From assembly GCA_038062375.1 (NCBI GenBank), contig JBBTXG010000005.1:121210-185209 (forward strand): a stretch of 64,000 bases of DNA. The letters are read 5' to 3'. Below are positions 30,061 through 40,008 of the stretch, piece by piece. The DNA is from Patescibacteria group bacterium (GTDB taxonomy: Bacteria > Patescibacteriota > Minisyncoccia > Minisyncoccales > UBA10102). The notes under the pieces are model-generated. The model was given only the letters and a program-made list of their open reading frames with translations. It searched no databases and had not been told where the DNA came from. Position 1 is the first letter of the stretch, and the number at the start of each line of letters is the position of its first letter. Made by a program: the position numbers and the translations under genes.

Positions 30061-30408
30061 TTATTGCAAACGAAACCGTTGTATTTGCTTTGGCCTTAAC
30101 CGATTCTCCGGAAGCATCCCCCATACGGCCTTTTTGAGTACTTTCTCTGGATTGCGCGAAAAGAGCTTTTCTAATGTCTCCCCTTTCATACCCCCGAGGT
30201 ACCCTGAATAACGATAGTAAATCTTTTGCTTACCTTTCTTCCCGCTCCACTTCATTTTCTGAATATTTCTCACGACTACAAAATCACCGTCATCTCGATA
30301 CGGCGCAAATTGAGATTTATGTTTCCCGCGAAGCAATACTGCGATTTTGGTTGCAAGTCTTCCTATGTTTTGATCTGCGGCATCAATGATATGGGTTTTC
30401 CGATCCAT
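30061..30408 (-). CDS. rplM: 50S ribosomal protein L13 (short)
   Basis: IIDAADQNIGRLATKIAVLLRGKHK. Confidence 0.9.
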   Translation of the reverse strand: MDRKTHIIDAADQNIGRLATKIAVLLRGKHKSQFAPYRDDGDFVVVRNIQKMKWSGKKGKQKIYYRYSGYLGGMKGETLEKLFSRNPEKVLKKAVWGMLPENRLRPKQIQRFRLQ

Positions 30409-30418
30409 ACTTCTTTTA

Positions 30419-30781
30419 TTACTTTATCAGTTCAAGGATTGCCATCCTTCTCCCATCGCTTTCTTGGGGACCAAGTTTGGTAATTCGAGTATATCCCCCC
30501 TTTCTTTCTCGATACAAAGGGATAATCTCTTCCATGATTTTTTTTACAAGCGAACCTTGAAAATGTTCTCGTAACTTCCGATGAGCCGATAAGTCCCCTC
30601 GCTTTGCTTTCGTAAGAAGCCTCTCTGCGAAAGATGAAATCGCTCTTGCTTTTGCCTCGGTCGTTTCAATCTTTCCCTTTTGAAAAAGAGCTCTTGCGAC
30701 CGAAAACAGCATTGCCCTTCTTTTGTCGGCTTTCCGAGAAAATTTACGAACTCTTTTTCGTTTTTTCATAAAAGATTGCAC
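30419..30781 (-). CDS. rplQ: 50S ribosomal protein L17
   Basis: KRRAMLFSVARALF...GGYTRI. Confidence 0.88.
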   Translation of the reverse strand: MQSFMKKRKRVRKFSRKADKRRAMLFSVARALFQKGKIETTEAKARAISSFAERLLTKAKRGDLSAHRKLREHFQGSLVKKIMEEIIPLYRERKGGYTRITKLGPQESDGRRMAILELIK

Positions 30782-30787
30782 GAAACT

Positions 30788-31549
30788 TTATTTCTTCGAT
30801 TTTTTCGTTTTGGAAGTCTTTCTCTTTTTCTCTTTTCCTTCCCTTTTTTCTTCCTTTCCCGTCTGCTCTTGCAACCCTTCCATGACCACTTGGAACTGTT
30901 TCCCAAGAATGGAACTTGCCCGATACAACGCCTCTTGAGGAGTTATGGTCCCGTCGGTCTCAATTTCGAGGGTGAGGTGATTAAAATCAGTGCGCTCCCC
31001 TACCCGCATATTCTTTACCACAGAACTCACCTTCTGAATAGGAGTGAATATAGCATCGAGAGAAATGATTCCCACTTCCTCCTTTTCTTTCTTTCGTTCT
31101 TCTGCCGGCACATATCCCACCCCTTTCTCAACTTGTATCTCCATCTCCAATTCAGCGGATTTACTTGTAAGATGCGCGATGGGGAGATCTTTATTTACCA
31201 ATTCAATCTGTGAAGGAAATACAAAATCAGACGCCTTCACTTCTTTTTCACCTCTTACCTTGAGGGTGGCCTTCTGGGGTTCATCTGAAAATAGTTTGAA
31301 GCGCATCTGTTTTATATTGAGAAGGATCATCAACACGTCTTCTAACACTCCAGGGATAGTGGAAAATTCGTGTGGCGCTCCTTGTATTCTTACTTGGGTC
31401 ACTGCTGCTCCCTCGAGAGAAGAGAGAAGCACTCTTCGAAGACTATTCCCAATCGTATAGCCATATCCCGGATAAAGCGCCTCAACTTCAAAAACTCCTT
31501 TGGTACCTTTGTGCTCAAGAACTTTTGGTGATTTGGATAAAGGAATCAT
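30788..31549 (-). CDS. rpoA: RNA polymerase alpha subunit, N-terminal domain only, with Lys-rich tail
   Basis: From MIPLSK: GYGYTIGNSLRRVLLSS. The protein ends in KEEKREGKEKKRKTSKTKKSKK with no recognisable alpha-CTD. Confidence 0.88.
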   Translation of the reverse strand: MIPLSKSPKVLEHKGTKGVFEVEALYPGYGYTIGNSLRRVLLSSLEGAAVTQVRIQGAPHEFSTIPGVLEDVLMILLNIKQMRFKLFSDEPQKATLKVRGEKEVKASDFVFPSQIELVNKDLPIAHLTSKSAELEMEIQVEKGVGYVPAEERKKEKEEVGIISLDAIFTPIQKVSSVVKNMRVGERTDFNHLTLEIETDGTITPQEALYRASSILGKQFQVVMEGLQEQTGKEEKREGKEKKRKTSKTKKSKK

Positions 31550-31565
31550 AATCGTGAAAAAATTA

Positions 31566-32090
31566 TTATTTTGAATAAAACTCAAAAAGAAGGGGGATCG
31601 CGAGTTGAGAGGCAAGTTCTTTGACTGTTGGTTCTCCCACAATCGTAGCCTCAACCCTTTCCTTCTCTAACTGAATCCATGCTGGCGGCTGATATTTTTT
31701 CAATGCCAATTTTAGATGTTCAAACGCGGGTTCTTTGTGAGAAGAGGGGTGGAGCGTAATGAAATCCCCTTTCTTCACGCAATACGAAGGAATCGTAACC
31801 CTCCTCTGGTTGATCAGGAAATGTCCGTGGGAGACAAGCTGCCTTGCGTGTTTGCGTGTCTGCGCCATTCCCATTCGAAATACGACATTGTCCAGTCTCT
31901 TTTCCAATTGTCCAAGCAAAAGCTCGGCAACGTCTCCCCTCCGCGATTTTGATAAAATCTTTTTCACATAGCGCTTTAGCTTACGCTCCTTGAGACTATA
32001 TTCCTGTTTTAACCCTTGCTTCTCGTGTAACTGCCTTGCGTATTCAGAAGGCGGACTTGATCTTCTTTTTCTGATAACTCCTTTTTGCAT
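31566..32090 (-). CDS. rpsD: 30S ribosomal protein S4
   Basis: 174 aa with an S4 domain (RLDNVVFRMGMAQTRKHARQLVSHGH). Confidence 0.9.
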   Translation of the reverse strand: MQKGVIRKRRSSPPSEYARQLHEKQGLKQEYSLKERKLKRYVKKILSKSRRGDVAELLLGQLEKRLDNVVFRMGMAQTRKHARQLVSHGHFLINQRRVTIPSYCVKKGDFITLHPSSHKEPAFEHLKLALKKYQPPAWIQLEKERVEATIVGEPTVKELASQLAIPLLFEFYSK

Positions 32091-32119
32091 AAGAATTGAC
32101 TTCGTGAATCGTTCTCGTA

Positions 32120-32581
32120 CTATACTCTTCTGGCCTTTGGTGGTCTGGGGCCGTTGTGAGGGATTGGGGTAATATCTTTTATGGAAACAATCTCAATTCC
32201 TTTTCCTCCGATGGAACGCAATGCAGCATCTCTCCCTGAACCAATCCCCTTCATCAACACTTGGATCTTCTCAATGCCTTTATTGCGCGCGATCTGAAAA
32301 AGTGCTTCCGCAACCTTCGAAGCTGCAAAAGGGGTGGCCTTCTTGGTACCCTTAAAACCAATCGATCCTGCGCTTACATTCGAAATAACGTTGCCCGCAA
32401 GATCGACAAGGGTCATGAGCGTATTATTATAAGAAGAATTAATATACACTCTCCCCTCCCTTAATTTCTTTTCAGGGGTCGCGGGAAGCGCTTCTTGAGG
32501 TGCGGTCTTCGGGACTACCAAAGCTTCCCCTTCTTGGGAGAGCTCTTGTTCCCCTTTTTGAATTACGCGTTTTTTTCCCAT
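32120..32581 (-). CDS. rpsK: 30S ribosomal protein S11 (N-terminal extension)
   Basis: GFKGTKKATPFAA...TPIPHNGPRPPKARRV. Confidence 0.92.
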   Translation of the reverse strand: MGKKRVIQKGEQELSQEGEALVVPKTAPQEALPATPEKKLREGRVYINSSYNNTLMTLVDLAGNVISNVSAGSIGFKGTKKATPFAASKVAEALFQIARNKGIEKIQVLMKGIGSGRDAALRSIGGKGIEIVSIKDITPIPHNGPRPPKARRV

Positions 32582-32674
32582 CCTTCACGTCTCGCTTCAC
32601 TCAAAGCTGCGGATGGCAAGGTATGAAGCAAAACGCCTTTCCGAAGCTTCAGCAAAGGAGGATTATAGTATGTA

Positions 32675-33064
32675 TTATGTCGGCGATGCAGCCGGCTTCC
32701 TGCCCGAGGTTACGGTTTTCCGAACATTCCCTCTCACCGTTCTTGTATTCGTTCGCGTACGCTGACCGCGCACGGGCAAATGTTTGGTATGCCGCAATCC
32801 CCTCCAAGAACCAATCTCTCGCAACCTTCGAATGCTTGTCATTATCTCTCGCTTCAACTCTCCCTCGACTCGATAATTTTTTTCAATAATCTCTTTGAGG
32901 CGATTCACCTCCTCTCCATTGAGCTTTGAGGCTCTTGTCGCAGGATCGATTTTTGCTTCTTGGAGAATCTTCTTACTCAATGAATTTCCAATGCCATACA
33001 CATAGGTTAGCGCGACACCTATGTGCTTCTGATCTGGAATATTTACACCCATGAGTCGAGGCAT
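32675..33064 (-). CDS. rpsM: 30S ribosomal protein S13
   Basis: MPRLMGVNIPDQKHIGVALTYVYGIG. Confidence 0.93.
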   Translation of the reverse strand: MPRLMGVNIPDQKHIGVALTYVYGIGNSLSKKILQEAKIDPATRASKLNGEEVNRLKEIIEKNYRVEGELKREIMTSIRRLREIGSWRGLRHTKHLPVRGQRTRTNTRTVRGNVRKTVTSGRKPAASPT

Positions 33065-33075
33065 GTGTTTGAAGG

Positions 33076-33195
33076 CTATCCTTGACGTTGTTTATGCTTT
33101 GGACTTTTCTTGCATATGATATAGATCCTCCCTCCTTTTCTTCGCACTACCTTGCAGTCTTTGCATATCTTTTTCACCGACGATTGAACTTTCAT
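33076..33195 (-). CDS. rpmJ: 50S ribosomal protein L36
   Basis: Not in the ORF track. Hand translation gives [39 protein letters not shown]. The start overlaps the infA stop. Confidence 0.9.
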   Translation of the reverse strand: MKVQSSVKKICKDCKVVRRKGGRIYIICKKSPKHKQRQG

Positions 33196-33419
33196 AATTT
33201 CATTCGATATACAATCCTTCCTCTTGTCTCATCATATGGACTTGTCTCGACCGTAACATGATCCCCTGGCAAAATGCGAATGTTGTGCATTCGGAGCTTC
33301 CCGGACAGATACGCCAAGATTTCTTTACCGTCTTCAAGCTTAACTCGAAATTGTAAACTCGGCAATGCTTCAAGCACCTCTCCGATTTTTCGTAAATCTC
33401 TCTTTTCAGGACTGTTCAT
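33192..33419 (-). CDS. infA: translation initiation factor IF-1
   Basis: From MNSPEK, with an S1-like fold ([30 protein letters not shown]). Confidence 0.9.
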   Translation of the reverse strand: MNSPEKRDLRKIGEVLEALPSLQFRVKLEDGKEILAYLSGKLRMHNIRILPGDHVTVETSPYDETRGRIVYRMKL

Positions 33420-33483
33420 TGATATTTTCTTCTCCGCCGCTATGGTATCAAAAATGTGGAGGGCCGTCAACTGCCCCGGGAAA

Positions 33484-34728
33484 TTACAACCGAAATTCAA
33501 CTACAATACGTTCTTGATCTTTCGGAACACGACGAGCCCAAAACGGCCAGAATGAAAGCTCGGCTTTCGCTAAGTATGGGTAGGCAGATAAAATGTTGAT
33601 CGCTTGCGCCTTTGAATTCCCTCCGACGCGCTTTTGGATATTGCCAAGATCTACTTGGTGGTAACTTTTTGCAAACATATCCGCACGAAATGAGAAGGCA
33701 TCGGAATTCTGGCGGATATCTTTTTCAGGATATTCAATCTTGATGGTTCCTTCCTGCAGCCTTTCTCCCTCTCCAAGCTGTTCTCGGAGAATACGTTCGG
33801 CAAGAACCTTTACATCTTCCTCATGAAAAAGTATTCCTTTTGCCCTTACCGTAGCACCATAGGCAAATTGATCGAGTTCCGCACCTGCTTTTACCAGAGA
33901 ATTCTCCGCGACAATCTCTGAAAGAAGCGATGCTGCCAAAAGGATTTTGCCCAAGGGGATTTTTGTGGAGAGCTCCTCTTTTGTTTGCGCTTGGAGACTT
34001 TCGAGCAGCCTTGCGCGCGCATCATTCAAATCTTCTTCCTTGACGATCGCAACCTCCTTTTTCAGGCCGCCTTTCATGTCTTCAAGAGACTCTCCATAGA
34101 TCTTGGTGTAAAGGGGAGACCCCACCAAACCAGGAAGGGAAAATTTCGATGGCGTACTATTGTACTCCTCTCCTGATTCTGCCGCGATAACCTCCAAGGA
34201 AAGAACTCCCGGAATGAATTTTCCCTTTTCATAATGTCCCCCGGGAACAGTTACTCTTGTTTTGGAATGAAAAAGTTTGCCATCTTGGGATATAAAACGA
34301 GTGTTCGCCACAAGAGACTGGGGAGTTATCCCGTTGGTATTATACACCCGAATAACTCCCTGCGCTTTTGCTTCTTTCCATTTTCTTCCGGAGGCAGGAA
34401 ATACTCTCGTCACTTCCTTCTCTACTTGGAGAATTTGGCCAGGAATGATTTTCTGCTCCCCATGAATTTTCTCTTGTCCCACCTGCACCTGGATTGTCGC
34501 TTGCACCTGGAGTTCTCGCTTCTGCGGCCAGACGGAAATCAGAGTTTTCGCAAACACAAAATGGAGTACCCCAAAGAAGAGTACGAGGAATGCGCATACG
34601 CCAAAGACTCCTCTTGAAATAAGAAACAAAGAAGATTTGGATTGCTTGGTCAGAACGGAAGGCATCTGGACCAAGGGATTCTTCCGAGATCCTCCAGGAG
34701 GAATAATATCAACAACTTTTTTCTTCAT
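33484..34728 (-). CDS. membrane-anchored hypothetical protein
   Basis: 414 aa with one TM segment near residue 40 and a large extracytoplasmic domain. Confidence 0.6.
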   Translation of the reverse strand: MKKKVVDIIPPGGSRKNPLVQMPSVLTKQSKSSLFLISRGVFGVCAFLVLFFGVLHFVFAKTLISVWPQKRELQVQATIQVQVGQEKIHGEQKIIPGQILQVEKEVTRVFPASGRKWKEAKAQGVIRVYNTNGITPQSLVANTRFISQDGKLFHSKTRVTVPGGHYEKGKFIPGVLSLEVIAAESGEEYNSTPSKFSLPGLVGSPLYTKIYGESLEDMKGGLKKEVAIVKEEDLNDARARLLESLQAQTKEELSTKIPLGKILLAASLLSEIVAENSLVKAGAELDQFAYGATVRAKGILFHEEDVKVLAERILREQLGEGERLQEGTIKIEYPEKDIRQNSDAFSFRADMFAKSYHQVDLGNIQKRVGGNSKAQAINILSAYPYLAKAELSFWPFWARRVPKDQERIVVEFRL

Positions 34729-35873
34729 TCTGGAATGAGTAGAAATAGCAAGGTGTATTGGGGATTGGTTTTATGGGGTGTATCAATACTCCGTACATCT
34801 TTTGGATAGAGAAAAGAAACTTCCGGAACTCGAGAAAATGGCAAATTCTTCAAGTCGTCTCCTTCAAAAATTTCATGGATTTCCTTTAAGAAACTTCCTC
34901 TTCCAAACATAAAAATGCGGGGCGAAAAAACACCTTCAATATCACGGAGCTGCTTCTTCACTAGTGTAGCAAAGTTCTTCACGGCGGGCAATAAAAGCGC
35001 TTTCAGCTTCGTTCGCAGCTCCTCGGAAATCATTCCTCGAAAGTATTTCTCTTGAAATTCTCGTGCGATGTTTTTTTTCATCCCAAGACTCTCGACAAAA
35101 ATTTCTGTAAAATGATCCCCTCCCATCGGAATGCTGCTCGCGAAAGAAAGTCTTCCGTCTCGTATTGCAAAAATCTGACTCGTTTCGTCTTCGATATCAA
35201 GATACAGACCTCCTTTTTGCGTCTTTTGCGCAAAGTTTTCAACGGCTTGAGCCGGATGCAAAATTTTGAAGGTTCGTATTCGATATTTTTGAGTGAACCT
35301 CTGAAGAATCGTTCCGTACGAACGAAGAAGAAATATCCCCAAAAACATAAACTCAATGCGCGATCCTTTCAATCCTTCGAGAGAAGATACGACGTACCCA
35401 TCAACCTTTATTTCCTTGACGGAAAGATCTACTCTCACAAAGTCTTCTGGCAAAATCCCGGAATCTGCCGAAAGACTCGCGCGCATTTCTTGGAGAGCGC
35501 CTTTGAGCACGGTCTTCTCAATGAACTCTTTTTCTCTCCTTTGAATAGGAATTTTGGGGTTTGTTGGACGAAATACCTGCGTCACAAACTTCGCTTTCAG
35601 CATCGGGGAGGGAAAACTAAAAATGATCTTATGGGGCTGAAATTTCTGGATTTCCAGATACAGATATTCGAGCGTTCTCTCAAAGGAGAGTGTGGCCACT
35701 TCTCTCCTCTCCAAGGAGAGCATACGGAGTTTTTCGTCGCTTCCCTTCTCTCCGAGCGCAGAATCAAAAGATGCATTCGAAAGATCCAGTACGAGGAATC
35801 GTTCTTTCTGCGATCTCGTGGAAAAAAAAGAAACCTTCATATTTCGTATCATACTATAACGGAGGGGGTTCAC
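34725..35873 (-). CDS. FtsA/PilM-like actin-fold ATPase (divergent)
   Basis: 382 aa with LYLDIEDETSQIFAI, IPMGGDHFT and MFGRGSFL, which resemble actin-fold phosphate/adenosine motifs. Confidence 0.5.
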   Translation of the reverse strand: MNPLRYSMIRNMKVSFFSTRSQKERFLVLDLSNASFDSALGEKGSDEKLRMLSLERREVATLSFERTLEYLYLEIQKFQPHKIIFSFPSPMLKAKFVTQVFRPTNPKIPIQRREKEFIEKTVLKGALQEMRASLSADSGILPEDFVRVDLSVKEIKVDGYVVSSLEGLKGSRIEFMFLGIFLLRSYGTILQRFTQKYRIRTFKILHPAQAVENFAQKTQKGGLYLDIEDETSQIFAIRDGRLSFASSIPMGGDHFTEIFVESLGMKKNIAREFQEKYFRGMISEELRTKLKALLLPAVKNFATLVKKQLRDIEGVFSPRIFMFGRGSFLKEIHEIFEGDDLKNLPFSRVPEVSFLYPKDVRSIDTPHKTNPQYTLLFLLIPE

Positions 35874-36292
35874 AAAATCGAGCTATGCAGCACATCTGGT
35901 TGATAGGGCTCCATGAACGAGATCGGGATCTTCTTTGCTTTTCTTTGCATCCACATTTGCAAATCTTCCCCGAGCATTTGCTGATCGTATCCCAAACAGA
36001 TATGATCCGGATTCAATTCTTCGAGCACACGATAACTCGACTGCTCTTCATCGCCCAATACCGCGCCATCTGCCATGTGCTCTCGCAAAACCAGTTGCAA
36101 ACGCTCCCTTTCTGAATATCTCGGTTTTTTATTTTTCAACTGGAACGCCGCTTTGTCTCTCCCAACAATCACCATAAGTTCCTCCCCATGCGCTTTTGCC
36201 TGCGTAAATAGACTCCGATGTCCTTCGTGAATTCCATCAAAAATGCCAAATACCACTACTCTTTTTTTTCTTTGAGAAATTTGTGCTTCCAT
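35870..36292 (-). CDS. cytidylyl/adenylyltransferase-family protein (RibF N-terminal-like)
   Basis: VVVFGIFDGIHEGHRSLF matches the nucleotidyltransferase HxGH motif. Confidence 0.65.
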   Translation of the reverse strand: MEAQISQRKKRVVVFGIFDGIHEGHRSLFTQAKAHGEELMVIVGRDKAAFQLKNKKPRYSERERLQLVLREHMADGAVLGDEEQSSYRVLEELNPDHICLGYDQQMLGEDLQMWMQRKAKKIPISFMEPYQPDVLHSSIL

Positions 36293-36330
36293 AAAAATAA
36301 CTCTGTATCTTTTCAATTCTAGCAAAAACG

Positions 36331-36365
36331 AAAATAAATGAGGAGCAGAAATCGCTTTCTGCTCC
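36331..36365 (-). terminator. intrinsic terminator downstream of the RTX-repeat gene
   Basis: GGAGCAGAAA-tcgc-TTTCTGCTCC followed by a T-rich run on the minus strand. Confidence 0.7.
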
Positions 36366-36390
36366 TGTTTGTCATGTTTTGCGAAATGAA

Positions 36391-37884
36391 TTAGACTTCG
36401 CAGTCTACTTCGATTTCCGCATCACAAGTATCGATCCCTCCTGTACCATCTGCGCTGTCAAAGCCAGCGTCGCCAGTCAGGCTGTCGTTGCCGTCGTGGC
36501 CCACCATTGTATCGTCTCCGGGGCCGCCGTTGATGGTGTCGTTACCACTGCTACCCCAGATGATGTCATTGCCAGAACCACCATTAAGGGTATCAGCTTC
36601 GTGATCCCCGAAGAGTTGGTCGTTGCCGTCGCCTCCAAGGACTACATCGCGACCCGTATTACCGCTAAGGTCAGGATCGTTGCCTGGGCCGCCATCAATG
36701 TAGTCGTTGCCGCCAAGGCCGCCGTTGATGGTGTCTTCGCCACCTTGGCCAAAGAGGCCGCCATCTTTGCAGCCTCCCAGGACACCGTCGGTGGGACGGT
36801 CGTCGCCACCACCACCGTCTATGTTGTCGTTGCCGTCGCCACCCTCCACGCGGTCGCAGTCGGGTCCGCCATACAAGAAGTCATGGCCTGGGCCGCCAAA
36901 TATGTGATCCTTGCCGCCCTCACCCTGGCAGTCGGCATCGTCTCCGCCCTCGCAAAAGACAGTGTCATTGCCGTCGCCAGCCCAAACGGTGTCACTCCCG
37001 CCTCTCGCGCAGATGATGTCGTCCCCGCCCTTGCCATAGATTTCATCAGGTCCATCGCTTCCGAGGATAATATCGTTACCTCCGGTTCCAACGATCATCC
37101 CGGATCCTGTGATGGTAGGCTTCGCACAGGGATCTCCGCCTCTCGCTAAGATATACGGCCGGTCTGCGGGAGTTCCTGAAGTTTCCTTGACCAGCACCTC
37201 AAATGAACCGGGGAATGTATCGAACCACTCGTGCATCGAACAGCCCCAGCCCGAAAGAGATGCGTTGGTCGACCCTGCCATGGCAAGGTGGGCCGGGTTC
37301 ACGATGACTGCCGAGTCGGGGCAGCCGTTTTGCCCTTGTACCTTGAAACTACCAAGCTGGTCCAAAACCGGCACGGCAGTGCTTGCCCCCACATTGAAAT
37401 AGTAACAGCTGAGGGTCACGTACAGCCCTGTTCCCGAGCCGCTTGCAGCAAAGTTGATCCCGTCCTTTGTGAGTTGGGTACCACCCTGGAATTGGTGGAA
37501 TTGGGGATCAGTTCCAATGATCACGACATTGCCCCTGACCATCGGGCCCCAGACAGCCCTGTTCGCTTCTGCCGCGGCGAGCGGGCCTGGACCCACGACA
37601 CAGTTTGGATCTCCCAGGACGATCGCCTTGTAGCTCGCGAAATCAGCGGCGGTCATATCCGCCCATTGAGCAGGGGTTCTCACATCAGACGTCAGTCCGA
37701 GGGCCGTCGCCTGGGTAGACTCAAAACCGCCACCCATGGTAGTGCTCAAGATGAGCACGTCCCCTCCAACGCCTGGATGAGAGGCCTCGGCTACTTGGCT
37801 TTGAGCGATCACTACGCCCAAAAACGCTACGAGCAGACAGGCAACAAGGATCCAACCCTGGAGTTTTTTATGGATGAGACTCAT
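36391..37884 (-). CDS. secreted protein with RTX-type (GGxGxD) calcium-binding repeats, GC-rich
   Basis: 497 aa with an N-terminal anchor (WILVACLLVAFLGVVIA). The C-terminal half is full of GGDGND/GGSGND/GGPGND nonapeptide-like repeats. Confidence 0.85.
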   Translation of the reverse strand: MSLIHKKLQGWILVACLLVAFLGVVIAQSQVAEASHPGVGGDVLILSTTMGGGFESTQATALGLTSDVRTPAQWADMTAADFASYKAIVLGDPNCVVGPGPLAAAEANRAVWGPMVRGNVVIIGTDPQFHQFQGGTQLTKDGINFAASGSGTGLYVTLSCYYFNVGASTAVPVLDQLGSFKVQGQNGCPDSAVIVNPAHLAMAGSTNASLSGWGCSMHEWFDTFPGSFEVLVKETSGTPADRPYILARGGDPCAKPTITGSGMIVGTGGNDIILGSDGPDEIYGKGGDDIICARGGSDTVWAGDGNDTVFCEGGDDADCQGEGGKDHIFGGPGHDFLYGGPDCDRVEGGDGNDNIDGGGGDDRPTDGVLGGCKDGGLFGQGGEDTINGGLGGNDYIDGGPGNDPDLSGNTGRDVVLGGDGNDQLFGDHEADTLNGGSGNDIIWGSSGNDTINGGPGDDTMVGHDGNDSLTGDAGFDSADGTGGIDTCDAEIEVDCEV

Positions 37885-38125
37885 TCTCTTCTCCTTTTAT
37901 TTTTTGATGTCTCTCCAGATATTGCCTTTCATGCAACAGAAACTCACGGAGCTCTCGGCATATTCATGCAATCCTCCTTGCTCGCAAGGCACATAAAAGA
38001 GAGGTTTCCCCTCCCCTATATGTGGCTTGAGTAAATTACTCTTTCATATTAGATGCGAAAGAGCTACCATTTATTATTTTCCTTCCAGAACAATGTGTCA
38101 ATTGTGAATAACTTGGCAATGTAAT

Positions 38126-39988
38126 TTATTGAACAACTGCTCGGAGGCGGCGGACTCCTGCTCCCACTGCTTCTTCTTTGAGAATTTTGAATTTGCCGAG
38201 TTCCCCTGTATGGGTTACGTGGGGACCGCCGCAAAGTTCTTTCGAAAATACTTCTCCTGTTTGAGGATCGTACGCGCGGTACACCTTTACCATGGGAGGA
38301 TATTTTTCTTTTTCAAAATAGAGGGCGCCAGTGTGTATTGCCTCTTCATACGGCATCTCTTTATATTCCATCGGCACATCTCTTCGGATTACTTCGTTCA
38401 CCCAATCTACCACCTGTTGTAATTCTTCTGGAGTAAGTTTTCGATCGAACGTGAAATCAAAACGCATACGCTCTGCCGTAATATCAGACCCTGCTTGATG
38501 CAGTCTCTCGCCAAGCACCTTGCGCAACGCCGCCTGCGTCAAGTGAGTAGCCGTATGGAGCCTCGTGACGATTTTTAGTTCCTCTTCATCTACAGCTTTC
38601 AGTTCTCCTGTATCGAGCAACAAACCATGCCCCCCAAACTTTCGTTCTTGTCCTGCGCGAGAAATCTCACGATGCCTTTCAAACTCTTCAGCAACTTTTG
38701 CTCGAAATTCATTCTCATCAAATTGATATAACCTTTCTTCCAACAATTCTTTAATCACCTCCACTGGGAATCCACAGCTTTGATATAAATCGAAAGCGTC
38801 CTTTCCAACCCTTTGACCTACAATAAATGACTGAAGTGGTCGTCCTGGAATTACACGCTGGGTCTTGGCACCTGGATATCTCTTATCAAACTCTTTGAGC
38901 CCTTTTTCTAAGGTTAAAGCAAACTTATTCGCTTCTCTTTCGAATTCTCGCAATATCACTTGTTGATTATCTTTGAGTTCACTGTAAAAATCTTCATAGA
39001 ATTTGATTACATTGTTTATAGCCTCAATCACAGACTTTTGCGGAATGAATAACTTCTTTGAATGGACCAAGAGGCGTCTTATGACTCGCCTCAACACATA
39101 TCCCGCTTCTTTATTGGATGGCCGAACTCCATCTGCAAGCAAAAATATGCTGCCTCTTAGGTGATCAAACAATATGCGATTACTTCTACTTCTTATATCC
39201 GCTCCCCCAGGAGTTGATAAGAGACGTCCGAAGGGTACCGTAAATAAATCGGCATCAAAAATAGTTGGTACACCTTGGCTTACCATCGCGAGCCGCTCCA
39301 AGCCCATGCCCGTATCTACCCCTTGAATTTTAAGGGGCGTGAGTTTCGCATCTTTATCGCAATAGAATTGGTTAAATACGATATTCCAAACTTCAATACC
39401 TTCGATGTAAATCTCTGTGGTGGGGCCACAGGGACCTTCTTTTCCGGTTGGCCCCCAAAAGTTATCGATGCCCTCGCGACGAATTTTTGATTCGGGCATG
39501 CCGATTTCCTTCCAAAGTCCGTATGACTCCTCATCGAAGGGCACGCCATGTTTTCGCCAATCCCCTTCTGGCACTTTTGCAGGATCGAATACCGTGACGT
39601 AGTCAATTTCCAATCCCAGCACATTTTTCAGAAAGTCATAAGCGTAAGCAATCGCCTCCCTTTTGAAATATCCCCCAAAACTAAAATTTCCCATCATTTC
39701 AAAGAAGGTTAAATGTCGTTCATCTCCTACCTCATCAATATCAGAAGTACGAAAACATTTTTGAATGGAGGCTGTATTATAGCTCCCCAGCGATTTTCCA
39801 CTCAACGTAGGATGGGACGAAACCATGGGATCTGCCTGCCCTGTGTAATAGGGTTTGAACTGCTGCATTCCCGCAGTGGTCAAAAGCACTGACGGATCAT
39901 CAGGAATAAGAGAAGATGAGGGAACAATCGTATGCCCTCTTTCGCGAAAAAAGTCAAAAAATTTCTCTCGCAATTGTTTTGAACTCAT
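38126..39988 (-). CDS. alaS: alanine--tRNA ligase (short form lacking the C-terminal C-Ala/DHHA1 domain)
   Basis: 620 aa with FFRERGHT, the class II core, and the editing-domain HxxxH (HTATHL)...CGGPHV. Confidence 0.93.
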   Translation of the reverse strand: MSSKQLREKFFDFFRERGHTIVPSSSLIPDDPSVLLTTAGMQQFKPYYTGQADPMVSSHPTLSGKSLGSYNTASIQKCFRTSDIDEVGDERHLTFFEMMGNFSFGGYFKREAIAYAYDFLKNVLGLEIDYVTVFDPAKVPEGDWRKHGVPFDEESYGLWKEIGMPESKIRREGIDNFWGPTGKEGPCGPTTEIYIEGIEVWNIVFNQFYCDKDAKLTPLKIQGVDTGMGLERLAMVSQGVPTIFDADLFTVPFGRLLSTPGGADIRSRSNRILFDHLRGSIFLLADGVRPSNKEAGYVLRRVIRRLLVHSKKLFIPQKSVIEAINNVIKFYEDFYSELKDNQQVILREFEREANKFALTLEKGLKEFDKRYPGAKTQRVIPGRPLQSFIVGQRVGKDAFDLYQSCGFPVEVIKELLEERLYQFDENEFRAKVAEEFERHREISRAGQERKFGGHGLLLDTGELKAVDEEELKIVTRLHTATHLTQAALRKVLGERLHQAGSDITAERMRFDFTFDRKLTPEELQQVVDWVNEVIRRDVPMEYKEMPYEEAIHTGALYFEKEKYPPMVKVYRAYDPQTGEVFSKELCGGPHVTHTGELGKFKILKEEAVGAGVRRLRAVVQ

Positions 39989-40008
39989 ACCTGCATACGT
40001 AAGGTTAT

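Noticed and set aside
35052-35903. 283-aa plus-strand ORF opposite the FtsA-like gene, and similar antisense ORFs opposite atpA (9477-10085) and dedA (43083-43649).
   Set aside because: They have no RBS or start context and biased Ser/Phe/Lys-rich translations. The opposite strand carries recognisable or operon-embedded genes.
36379-38034. Long plus-strand ORFs (256 aa at 36379-37149 and 267 aa at 37231-38034) opposite the RTX-repeat gene.
   Set aside because: These are shadow ORFs typical of GC-rich coding DNA. They have Ala/Val/Arg-rich, low-information translations, no RBS, and they lie fully antisense to a gene with clear repeat motifs.
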